The notes below the pieces were generated by a model that saw only the letters and a program-made list of their open reading frames with translations, searched no databases and was not told where the DNA came from. A stretch of DNA of 64,000 bases from positions 14,880,142-14,944,141 of the forward strand of contig CAJINV010000001.1 in NCBI GenBank assembly GCA_905178155.1. The letters are read 5' to 3'. Every line of letters starts with the position of its first letter. The first letter of the stretch is position 1. A program made the translations under genes and the position numbers. This stretch comes from Amoebophrya sp. A120 (taxonomy: Eukaryota; Protista; Dinoflagellata). Positions 47,601-58,669 of the stretch are shown here, piece by piece.

Positions 47601-50600
47601 GGAGCTTCTCTTCGATCGAAAGGCCCCAGTTCAAAACACCCTGCTCCGTCTCGGTCAGTCGATTTTGTACCGACTGCACGATTTTGTTCTGCACAGACTC
47701 GACCGTTTTGAACATCTTGTCTTGCTCGTTCCCGAACCGGGTTTCCAAAAACGGGATCAACTCCGCCCGGGAAACTGTGTCGGTCAGCCGGTTGTCCACT
47801 TTCAGATCCACGTTGTGCAACAGGCTCTGCGTTTCCGACCGGAATCGACTCTGCAGCGCCTCCAGCCGGTTGTCCAACATCGGAGTTAGTTCTCGGTGCG
47901 AAATCGCGTGCGACAGCTTTTCGTCCAGATCCGTTTTCACCTCGGCGAGAAACTCGCGGGTTTCGTTCCTCGTCTCCGCTCGCACGGTCGCCATCTTCGA
48001 TTCCACGTACGGCAGCATCTCGTTCTGCTTCAAGCTCGCGATCTTGATCGCCACCTCGTTTTTTATCTCCGACATTTGCTGATCTGCGTCCTGTTTTGCC
48101 TCGCTTTTCACGTTGCGCAACCGGCTATCCAGGTAGGGAACCAGCTCGTCTCGCTTCACCGTGCCCGCCAGCGACTTTTGCAGCGGCGCGTACTGATTCC
48201 GGGAATGCGACTCCAGCTCGCCGAGCTTCGTGCCGACCTGTAAATATTCGGAAATTGAGGTTGAGTTTGAAAATGGAAACGGATTCGAAAGCAACATTGG
48301 TTTGGATATATTGGCGCTGACGGCATTCTTGCATGATAAATCGAAGCTACGAACATACATGACAACGTACCTGTCTCATCGTATCCTCTAAACGCTCGAA
48401 GCGATCCGCGTTTGCGTCCAGGTTCTTTTTCAGAAACCCGCTCATCTGACCCAGTGACGTCTGGTGCCGGTCCCCGACCCGCTGCAATTCGGCGGCGTGC
48501 AGGTCGTGCACCTGTTGCAACAGCGACTCCCGCTCCTGCTTGGCCTGCTGCAACTCCGTCGCGATCCACTCCGTGCGGTTCGCGACGTGCTTCTGCATGG
48601 AATTCAATCCGTCCTGGACCCCCTCCTTCACGCTGTCCAGCGCCTTTCGCACATTCTCCGGCGACAACTCGCGACTGACGCCGGTAGTTCCTTTCGACAA
48701 CTGGTCCTGTTTCACGCGCATCTCGGCCACCTGCTGCTGCAACGCCGCGACCTCGTCGCGGCGGTCCAGCACTGTCAAGGCTTGCCGGACGTCGCGACGC
48801 AGCACCACGTCCTCCTGTTTCAGTTCCTCCTTGAACTCCGTCCGCATCTGCGCCGCCTGGGATTGAATTGTTTGAGTAATCCGCTCATCCTCCTCGCGAA
48901 ACGCTTATCCTGAGTAAAAACGTACCCACACCAGAGTCAAGATGGGGAATCGGCTAGACAAATCCACGAGTTTTGGCTGTTTTGCATGACAAATTTGGAT
49001 TCGTAGTATAGTGCTGCTTCAGCTAGCTCAGCAGCATCACAGATCGAGAATACCATGCTGATTGGAGCATGACAAATTGCAAAACACGACTAGAAAATGC
49101 TTCTCATGGGGCTCCGCATGAGAAACATTCTCAGCATGCAGATTTGCATTACAACTCTGGTGTGGGGACGTTTTTACTCAGGATAACGCTTCGGACATTC
49201 TCTGGCTCTGTTCCCCGAACTGTTGCTCAATCCGCTCCCATATCAAATGTAAAAATGTCTGGGTCTGGAAGAATGCAACTTGTCATGCTAAATCTGAATC
49301 AGGCAAAAAGCTGTGTTGCATGATTGCCAAAGGTTGTGCACTTTTGACCTAATCGAGAGGCAGTTTCTCATGCAGGATAGGCATTGGAAAGGCTTCGCAG
49401 AATCTGTCATGCTATGTCCTACATACCAGACCTCATGGGTTATGGAAAACCTGCATGACAAACCTGGCAATCTTCCAGACCCAGACATTTTTGCAATCCA
49501 TATCCCACTGCAGCTTCTCCTCCCGCTCCAGCTGCAGTGCCTCGCGCCGTTGCTCTTCTTCGATCAAGAGAAATTGCTGCCGCTCGAACTCGTCAAAGTC
49601 CAGTTCGTTCAGCTCATCACTCGCGCCCTTAGACCGGTCTTTCTTGTTGCTTTTGCTCGATTTTTCCTTTCTCCTACTGCCCGTCACCTGCTCTATTGTC
49701 TGTTCCAGTTTCAGCTCTGGAAGAAGAGATGCCGCATTACCCCCTAGAAGACTAATCTCCTGCTCCACACCGGATTGACCCCAGGGAAGCTGCCCGGTCG
49801 GACCGCCCGCTCGGCTCAATATGGTCTCGCGGTCCACTGTACTGTCCGTGCGTGCAACGCTCGCACTTGGAAAGGGAGCAGCGCTTGCTCCTCGCATCGG
49901 ATCTTCCACCACTGCGGTACTGTCGCCCGACCAAAGACTCGGCCCTCGGTCGGCGAGAGGGTTCGAAGTTCCCAACAAGGATGGCTGGCTGAAGAGGGGC
50001 GGCGCCCCCACGGGATCCAACTTATCGGTCAACCGCTCTAGGCCGAAGGGATCGTTTTCTTTCGGCGCGAGAAGCCTGCTGCCTCGGTCCTCTGCAAAGG
50101 GCGAGGCCGCGAACAGAGCCCCCACCTGCTTCGCTGGCATCACTTTACCGCTGTCTTGCATCCTTTTCTCGCGCGATGCGAAAGAATCGGTTGTCAACAC
50201 GCTATTCGCAAGGCCCTGCTGTTGTAGTGTGTCTGCAGTGGGAATGGACAGGTCGATTGTTCCTTGGAAGGATTCCAATTTAGGAGCTGCGGTCATGCCC
50301 TCCAGGGGCGGCGCTGCTGCACTTTTTCGATTTTGTTTCTCCTTCACTTTCTGCATTTGGCTTTTTCGTGTGGCCGCAGCAGCCGCTTTTCTTTCTTTTT
50401 CGCGGTGCAACAACTCTCTTTCCTTTTCCTCGTCCGAATCCACTGGAATGGTGACAATTCCAGCCAAATCGTCTTCCTTGCCGGCGCGCGCGCGCTCTTC
50501 CTCTTCCTCCGCGGCGTTCTCCTCCGCGAACAGGTTGCTCTCCGCGTCGCTTTCTACTTGCACAACAAAACTTGTCCGCGTCGCCGGCTTAATATTTTCA

Positions 50601-53329
50601 CGACCGTTTTCCGGGTCTAATTCAGGCTCGTTGGTTACAACTACAGCCTCGTTTGGCGAGGATTCTTGTTCTTGGTCTTCAGAGTCATGCGATAGTTGTT
50701 GTTCTCCATTGTCTGCTGCCACTTCGTCGTGCTCCGTTTCGGACGCGGTTTCCTCGACGTGGACGATGAAACTTCCGCGCCGCGGCTGCGATTGCTCCAC
50801 TCGTTTGATCGTCGCTTCCACGTCCTCCGTGTCTTCGCTATCGTGTTGCTCCGTGGCGGCGGAGGTGTTCTCCTCTTCTTGTGTTTTCTTCCGCACTGCT
50901 CCCATGTTTGATGCGATGTCCGAGAACGGGACTGGCTTTGCGAGAAGAGGACTTTCATCCGCATTCTTGTTTGCCGGCAGAGTGCTGGTTGATGCCTGTC
51001 CAAAAGCGGTGCTTTGGGCTCCGAAGGAAACGCTTTGTCCACCCGGAAGGGGTGTGGACTTCTGCCCGAACGCTGTACTCTCCTGCGCCGCGAATGAAGT
51101 GCTCTGTCCACCCGGAAGAGGTGTGGACTTCTGCCCGAACGCTGTACTCTGCGCCGCGAATGAAGTGCTCTGTCCACCCGAAAGAGGTGTGGACTTCTGC
51201 CCGAACGCTGTACTCTGCGCCGCGAATGAAGTGCTCTGTCCACCCGAAAGAGGTGTGGACTTCTGCCCGAACGCTGTACTCTGCGCCGCGAATGAAGTGC
51301 TCTGTCCACCCGAAAGGGGTGTGGACTTCTGCCCGAACGCTGTACTCTGCGCCGCGAATGAAGTGCTCTGCCCACCCGGGAGCGGGATTGACTGCTGTCC
51401 GAAGGCACTGCTTTGAGCACCGAAAGAGGCACTTTGAGATGCGAAACCGGTGCCCTCGGCCGAAACAGTGGCTTGTCTGAAGGACGTGCCTTGGGCCCGG
51501 GGAAGAGGAGTCGACACTTGCCCGAACGGAACCGTGGTCTGGCCGAAACCGACCGACTGCGACGCAAACGACACACTGCTGGACTCAGGACTTTGGTTTC
51601 CATTTTCCTCCTCCTCCGGCCCCGAAGCCTCGTCTTTCAAAAAGTCGCCCATATCCATCGCGATTCCAACCTGCTGCTGCTCGCTGTTTCCACCGCCCGC
51701 AAGTTCTTCCTGTTCGGGCATAGACGCCGCGTGGGTTTGCTCGGTTCTCTTTTCAGTTGTCACGAATACGGGAGCTTCGGCGACTTCTCTTTCGTCTTGT
51801 TGATACTCGTCTTGCACGAACTCGCCCATGTCCATTACAGTTCCGACTTTCTGTTTCGCGCTTGTTAGCGTCTCGCGAAAGTCCGGCTGCGGGGACTCTT
51901 CTTCGGGCAGGGTGATATCCGCATTTTCTACATCAACGACGTCCGACGGAGCGGGTGACTCTGTCGGTGTCAGGTCTGCGTTAATATCTCGCGCGGCAGC
52001 GAAGCTGACGCTTGCTGTCGGTAATTCGCCTGCATCATCTTCGGGAGGAGCTGCAGCGAAATTCATACTTGAGGTTGGCAACAAAAAGCCTCCGTTTGGA
52101 TCGTCCGTGTTGCCAAAACTCACACTTGTAGTTACGAAAGCCGGCTTGTCAGAAGTCTCCTGATCCTCACGCCCACTTTGATGTGCGCCCTCCATGTTGA
52201 CTGAATCTGACATAGTCACTTCGGACTCGTCACCTAAATTCGCGGAAGCACCACGAGCCAAAGCTGACACGCCTACTTCCCCTTGCTGCGAATCATCCAG
52301 GCGAAAGCCATCTTTGGTTGCCAGGAGCGATGGCTGCTCCATGGTGTCACTCATTCCGTCGCCGTCCAGGTCAAACGACGCACTTGCGATTGCGTCACTC
52401 ACAACAGCAGATGGTGGAATATTCGCGCTATCTCGGGTCGGCGGGCGCGCCGGTTGTTCCAGGTTGGAAGCGGTGCTCTTTCTCATCACAGCATAATCCT
52501 TCAGCTCCTCTATCGCTGCGCTCAATGGCTTCGCTTTCGCGCCTTCTGTTGCTGTCACGCCCGAGACGGAAGCGCGCCGGCGCTGTGGAGGTTTTTGCAC
52601 GGCCTGTTCTCGCTCACTGCTGTTCCGCGCCGCATCGGACGCTGACGCGGAATTTTCTCGTGCGAGGTCCCGGAGGACGCTCGCATCTGGCAGCGAGGAC
52701 CGCGATTTTTTGATCGCCTTCCCTGCTGAAGCGTCCGACGTAGAGGCTCGCCGCTGGCTTGTTCGCTGCGCTCGTGAAAACCGCACCGAGGTGACGGTAA
52801 AATCTTGCTGAGTGGAGATCTTTTGAGATGATGATGAAATGCTACTAGAGGCGGCTGGTACTTGACTAGGCGCCTGCGTGCCGTTCACCTCTTGAACAGT
52901 CCTAGGCACTGCAAAACCATCTCCTCGAGGGCTCCTTGGTGCGACCGGAATAGACGACATTCCAAGATTCGTTGATCCGCCAAAGGCAACCGATCCGCGG
53001 CCCCGCACAGCCGCGGAGAGATCTTGAGAACTCGCGTCAAACGCGCTGCTCCTGCGGCGATTCCTAGCGTCTGCTTTCGCCGAGGCGGGCGGGACTGAAG
53101 ATGTGCCAAACGCGACAGAGCCTAATACTGCCGCCGTAGGAGCGTTTTCCTTCATCTGCTTTCCACCGTACGAAGAAGACGAGGAAGCCGACTCCTCGCC
53201 CGCTTGCTCACCCTCGGGCTGGGGTTTTTTGGCCTTTCGCGGGCGATCGGTTGGTCGTCGAGGTGCCTTTGTTCCGCTGCTGGAGGACGCTTCCCCCGAG
53301 GCTTCTGAGGCACTGTTAGCTCTCGGCAT
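44653..53329 (-). CDS. Giant (about 2660 aa) low-complexity / coiled-coil / TPR protein interrupted by two introners and one GT-AG intron
   Basis: ORFs 49433..53329, 48347..48847 and 44653..48360 become one frame (EKLQWERIEQQFGEQSQRMSEAFREEDERITQTIQSQAAQMRTEF...MRQ|VGTK) after removing each element plus one TSD and intron 48238..48370. TPR domain at about 46170-46750. Confidence 0.85.
48906..49185. mobile_element. Non-autonomous TIR element / introner, family B (280 bp)
   Basis: About 32-bp TIR TATCCTGAGTAAAAACGT(A/C)CCCACACCAGAGT. The TSD ACGCT is at 48901-48905 and 49186-49190. Confidence 0.92.
49241..49502. mobile_element. Non-autonomous TIR element / introner, family A copy 3 (262 bp; right TIR tip degenerate)
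   Basis: The left TIR matches copies 1 and 2 and the right end reads ...CCAGACATTTTTGCAATCCATA. The TSD TCCCA is at 49236-49240 and 49503-49507. The interior is colinear with 12462..12724. Confidence 0.92.
51036..51400 (-). repeat. 66-bp coding tandem repeat (about 5-6 copies; QSTSFAAQSTAFGQKSTPLSGG)
   Basis: Near-identical units, for example TGTCCACCCG at 51171 and 51237. One unit has a 3-bp insertion. Confidence 0.95.
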
Positions 53330-53967
53330 GGCTATGCCCCCCCGGCAGCGCTATTTACAGTTGCGACTTCTACTCCTCAGCAGACTGGACTGTAACGACG
53401 AGCGCCAAGGCATTTTGCGTTTCTATCTTTTTTTCCGAACGAAAAGATAGGGGTAGTGGGGATTTTCATGTTCATTTTCCTATTGTACAAGAAAAATTTA
53501 CGGATACGGGTGATGGGCAAATCAGGGGAAATCACTGCTGTGTGATAAACCAAACGTAACAAACTCTTGTGATTTACGCATGTCTGCACAAAGTCAGTGG
53601 CGCACGAAACAGGACGACGTAAACGACGCGGTTACGAGGAAACGCGAACGAACGCGGACCGAAGAACGTGTACGAAGGTTTGAGAAGGTATTGCAGAACA
53701 TGTTAACGAAGTCATTTGTACGATGATACATGAACAAACCCAAACGAATTGGCCGTTTCAGACGATGTTGACGAAAGCTGATGCCTGTACGACTACGAAC
53801 ACTTTCATCGAAAGTCTCAACCACATAGGTTCCCCGATGCGGCACGACGTCTACTTCCCTTTTACTTTTTTTGTCCCTGTTACTATACTATGTATGCAGT
53901 TACATGTTCAGATGAGTATGTTATGCTTGTCTGTGCGAAGCTGATGAAAAGATCATCGTTGGTAGCC

Positions 53968-54686
53968 TTAGGCCTCCTCGTTCTCCTTGAAGACGTAGGT
54001 GAGGGTGCAGCGGCCACAGTAGTAGCGGTTGTGGTGCATGGCCATAAAGACGCCCGGACCGCAGTTCGGGCAGTCCTTACGCAAGCGGGTGATCTTATCG
54101 GATCCGTCAACCTTGTAGAACTTGAGAACTCCAAGCTTGACCTTCTTGTGCTTGTGCGCGACCTTCTTCGGCTTGGTGTACTGCTTCTTCTTGCGCTTCT
54201 TACCGGCACCTGGGGGTTAGTTCGGAAGGAAAATAGTGATCGATATCATCCATTACAGACTCAGCAGGCAAAAAAATCGGCATACACAGTAACTACATCT
54301 TCAATGCGTGGGAAGCTAGTGCTTACTCAAACAAAAAAGACAATCGTATAGATACCGAGCAAGTCAGCGTTGACTTCGATGGTGCATTCGTTGGAGAAGA
54401 GAGCGCCGCAGGTGGCGATTTCCGGGCAGTCCTTACCTGTTTTGAAAATTGAAGAGTGATAATTTGGTGTGTCCACTCTGGTAAACGCTTCACATGTGAT
54501 GCAAGTCTACGTGATTGCAAAATCTCACACTAGTACACAAAAACGACATGATATTTTCGTACCAGCGTAAGACAAGTGGAATTCGGTATCCAAATCCAGG
54601 CTCTGCTTCAACTCCGCGACGGTAGTCGTTTCCTCGACAACCCGGGTGGCGGAGGAGCCATCAATGCCTCGCAAAAACAACTGCAT
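53968..54686 (-). CDS. RPS27A: 40S ribosomal protein eS31 (S27a) fused to a divergent ubiquitin-like domain
   Basis: Exons 54563..54686, 54356..54436 and 53968..54209. [13 protein letters not shown]...LKFYKVD...[27 protein letters not shown]. Confidence 0.95.
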
Positions 54687-54840
54687 CTTGCGTCTATGTA
54701 AACAGGGCACTATATGCTCCTATGTTTCCCTGTTGTTGAAGAATTTAGAAATAATGGATACCGAGAAGGTAGGCAGCATAATCAAGTCTCTCTCAAGACG
54801 AAAAAGATTTGTGGCATAAAGCGGGTTCATTTCTTGAAAA

Positions 54841-54920
54841 GATCTACTCTCTTCGGAAGGCGATCTCAATCGGGATTTAGATTTGGATCCGGATCTGGGC
54901 TGTGATCTTTTGTCATGATC
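54841..54920. promoter_or_regulatory. GATC-rich cluster upstream of RPS27A
   Basis: 6 GATC in 80 bp. Confidence 0.4.
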
Positions 54921-55455
54921 ATCATTTTCATGGTTACCTCACGAATTTGACCACGAACCGACACAGCCTGCCATCGGCAGAAAAATCGTCTCGTGCTGAT
55001 TTCCGGATCTTGTCAATTTTACACTTTTGTCTCTCACTCTCGCAGCACAGTGGCTGCAGATGAATAATCGACATTTAGAAAATGCTATCACTCTCCTTGG
55101 GATTGCCGCAAATTTGCAGACGAAGAGAGACGATGACGACAATGCAGGCCCGTTTTTGACGACATGCGACGACGACTTTACCCATATCCAGCCCCCTCAT
55201 GAACAGCTAGAACAAGGGCCTGTTTTAAGGCTTACAGCTCTGCTGCAAAACTCCCCTCTCGTCTTTTTTACTCTGCTAACAACTTGCAGCTCAGCTACTA
55301 GTTTGTTTTCATCCTCTACCGTAGATTCTAAAGGTTCTGTTCTGTGTTCCGATGGTGTGTTCCGATAGTTCTGAACGTGAAATCACTCTTCCTTCATCGC
55401 CGTGTGTTCTTAAAAAACCCAGCGGCTTGAAAGGGATCATCCCATGATCAGAGAT

Positions 55456-56675
55456 TTAGTTGCCCATGCGCTTCTTGCGGTCATCCCAGATGTTGAGCTT
55501 GATTCCGTTGCCCTTCGGCAGGGAGATCCACGGCTTGGTCTCCTTTCCGATCACCATCACGTTCTGCAGGCGGGTGGCGAAATGGTGGTCCTGGGCATCC
55601 TTCAAGTGGACGATCTCGAAAGATCCCGGGTGCTTCTCACGGTGGGTGATCACACCAACACGACCGATACTGTTTCCACCGGTGATCATGCACACGTTAC
55701 CTGGAATTTCGTTTTAGAAGACACTTTGGCTAAAAAATTACGGATAGTGCAAAGCAAGAGCAAACTTCCATAGATTCAAGCTAAAGCCACCTAAAGCACT
55801 GCAAGACCACCTAAAGAATGCAAACGCCGCAGCTACGCAGTACGGCAACAAACATTGAAAGATCTTCTTACCGTGCTCGAACTTGCAGTGGTCCAGGATC
55901 TTGCCGGACTCGATGTCCAGACGGATGGTGTCGTTGGTCTTGACATCCGGGTCCGGGAAGCGGATGGTGCGTCCGTCGTGGGTGACGACATGGTTGACAC
56001 CTGGTTTTGCGTTTAAAACGGAAATTACATCAGAAATAAATGCATAATGTTGCGCATGAAAAAAACGAAAACCTGTCTCAAAGAACTTACGCATCGAAAA
56101 TGTAACTTTCTAAGCATAAAAGAGCTCAACAATTTAGAAGTAAAGTACCCTTGGCGCCCTTCTCGACGGCCTTGACGCGGCACAACTTGTACTTGGCCTC
56201 CTCCGGGGTGATCTTGTGGATCACGAAGCGGCCCTTGGTGTCGTACAACAGACGGAAGGTCTCCTTAGTCTTCTCCAGAGAGACGACATCCATGAAGCCA
56301 GCTGTTTTTTAGATTTTTAGTTTGAATGATTGCATGTCAAAACAACGAAAAGTGTATCTACTGCTGCTGGAATCGTCAACTCTTGTTTGAGAAGAAAATC
56401 AAATCAAAAATTAATTGATTCATACCCGGGTAGGTGTGGTCGGTGCGGATCTTTCCGTCGACCTTGACCAGACGCTGGACGAGGATCATCTTAGCCTCGT
56501 TGTAGTTCAGGGCGTATTTCAGGCGGTTACGCAGCAAGACGATCAACGGCAAGCACTCACGCTGCTTGTGGGGACCGGAGGACGGCTTCGGGGCCCACAC
56601 GCCGGTCAATTTGTCCAACATCCAGTGGGACGGCGCAGCCATGCGCTTCATGTGTCTCTTCGGTCCACGAGCCAT
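55456..56675 (-). CDS. RPS4: 40S ribosomal protein eS4
   Basis: [23 protein letters not shown]...RNRLKYAL...[12 protein letters not shown]...[10 protein letters not shown]...[11 protein letters not shown], with three GT-AG introns. Confidence 0.98.
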
Positions 56676-56869
56676 CTTGTGGTTTTGTTGTGAGATTCAC
56701 AAATCTACGGTTGAGAAAAACAGAGCTGACTTGTTAGCAGCCACCTTAGTTGTCCCTGTTTTGTAAGGTAAAGTAAGAGATCGTATGAAGAGAGGTTTTA
56801 GAAGAAGTGCATTTGATTTAGAAGCTTTTTGCATATGAACTCGTGCGAGTGATTTCAAGCCTCGCATAC

Positions 56870-57195
56870 CAGATCTCCATATTTTCTCAGATCTAGTCTT
56901 TTCGATCTATCATGCGCCTTCCAGATCAGCATTTGGATCTTCACTGTGTCGTCTGACGTTACTTGATTTCATTTCTGCAACAACATACTACATCACGATC
57001 GCTCTCTATAATTTGAACCTCTTTCCGTAGTTTCAAGCATTTCTTTTGGAACTTATGATGGATCAAAACACCCTAGGAACCTTTTTTTGTTACTGCAGAG
57101 CACGGCGGATCGATTCTCACTTCTACGCTATTCATGTCCACATGCAGATCAGATCGTTCTATATCTTTAGGAACAGATTTGATTTGTCTGATCTT
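56870..57195. promoter_or_regulatory. GATC-rich cluster upstream of RPS4
   Basis: About 11 GATC in about 320 bp. Confidence 0.4.
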
Positions 57196-57700
57196 TCGCT
57201 CTCTATGCGGGTAGCCGTTTGAGTCTGTTTTATGTTTTCAACATTCCTTTATCCACTGCAAAAGCTTTGCCAAAATTGTACTGCTGTCTCGTCTAGGCCG
57301 AAGGCACGACGCGCTCCCCGCATCAGCTGAGACTTTACAAGAAGACTGATTGAGCTCTTTGCAGGGCTATTCAATGCAAAAGTGTGCTCCTCGTCGGTGA
57401 TTCTACTCTCTGTGATTTGGTGTCGTCCTGCAAAAGGCAAAGACAAACGGACCTAAAAGACACATAGACGGAAGAAACAACGTAATTCTAAAACAAACAG
57501 GATGGTTTAGATTCACCAGCTACCAAAAACTAAACTGGTCTGATTTGTCCCCTATGTGAGTACACAAAAACTTTGGCAAACACAGCATCTCCACCTCCAT
57601 GTGCTTGCTTACATTCTTAAAAAGTAATTTTTCACTCGTCTTCATTCCCGCGCGATATCCTCCATAGAGGAACTACCTCCGGGATAAGAACAGCCCGAAT

Positions 57701-57973
57701 TTAGCAACCGCAGCAGTCGCGAGCCTTCCCTGATCCGGCTCCGATTCGCGATCCCCGCGGCTGGGCGGATCCCGGCTCCATTGCAGCACTCCGCTGCGAC
57801 CGCAGCATCGCGGCCATCATGCTCGGCGTCATCGGCGTATCATCGCTGGAATAAACTCCGCTGGTAGCAGAGGTAAACTGACTCGCTTGTCCTTCCGGGC
57901 GTAAGCGCTTGGACCCGGATTGGGCTAGCGCTTTCCCCTTGCCTTTCTTACCTCCCTGCTTTCCTCCACCCAT
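57701..57973 (-). CDS. Small basic hypothetical protein (MGGGKQGGKKGKGK...DCCGC)
   Basis: 90-codon ORF from the ATG at 57973, preceded by a GATC cluster. It may splice to further exons. Confidence 0.4.
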   Translation of the reverse strand: MGGGKQGGKKGKGKALAQSGSKRLRPEGQASQFTSATSGVYSSDDTPMTPSMMAAMLRSQRSAAMEPGSAQPRGSRIGAGSGKARDCCGC

Positions 57974-58669
57974 CGCAGTTTTATTTGCCGTCAAAAGATC
58001 TATAGGGTACTTACGTTTTTGGATCGCGAAGGAAGAAATTCCGTCGTGAGCGTGGTGAATCAAATTCAGATAATTTTACATGAAAGGTTTGCACCAATCA
58101 TAGGTCACGTGACAATCTTCTCAGGACCTGATCCGGATCAAAGAGCCACGAGCAAGGACTGATCCTCATAGATCCACCTCTTCTGTAATCGGGAATGTAT
58201 GTTTCATGGCTGGATGGCCCTCCCGGGGCGACCGAACTTTTCGATCTTCACCTTCACAACCGATTCCGGTGCAAAAGCTTCTTGAGGACCGAGATCATGC
58301 GCTTGAAGTTGCAGCTGCACTTTTCAAATTCAACACAATTCACTTCGATCTTTTTCGTACACCTTCCGAACCGATTTGATTCCATCAACACGAAAATTTT
58401 TCTCGCTAGCAGTAAAAGCTTCCGCACCAACACGGAGCGGCGCGAGGATGCACACACACCGCACCGCATGCCTGACGGCTCTATGAATCTTTGTCTTTCG
58501 TGTCATTTCTTGCGCTCCATTACTTGTACTGCATTGCGTTGAACTCATGACTGCGTGTCGTCTGTTAGTTTTTTCTTCTTGGAAAGCCTGAACTTAGTGA
58601 GGAGAGGAATGTGCTTAGATCTCCTGCACGCTCGCAGAGGACGGCTTCCTCTACACAGAGAGCTGCTAA

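Noticed and set aside
51036-51400. Regular repeats resembling a CRISPR array
   Set aside because: These are head-to-tail 66-bp in-frame coding repeats without unique spacers, in a eukaryotic context with no cas genes.
49821-51416. 531-aa plus-strand ORF, and similar antisense ORFs at 13230..14126, 24486..25259 and 34723..35829
   Set aside because: They are antisense shadows of GC-rich, repetitive minus-strand coding sequence and show no independent motifs.
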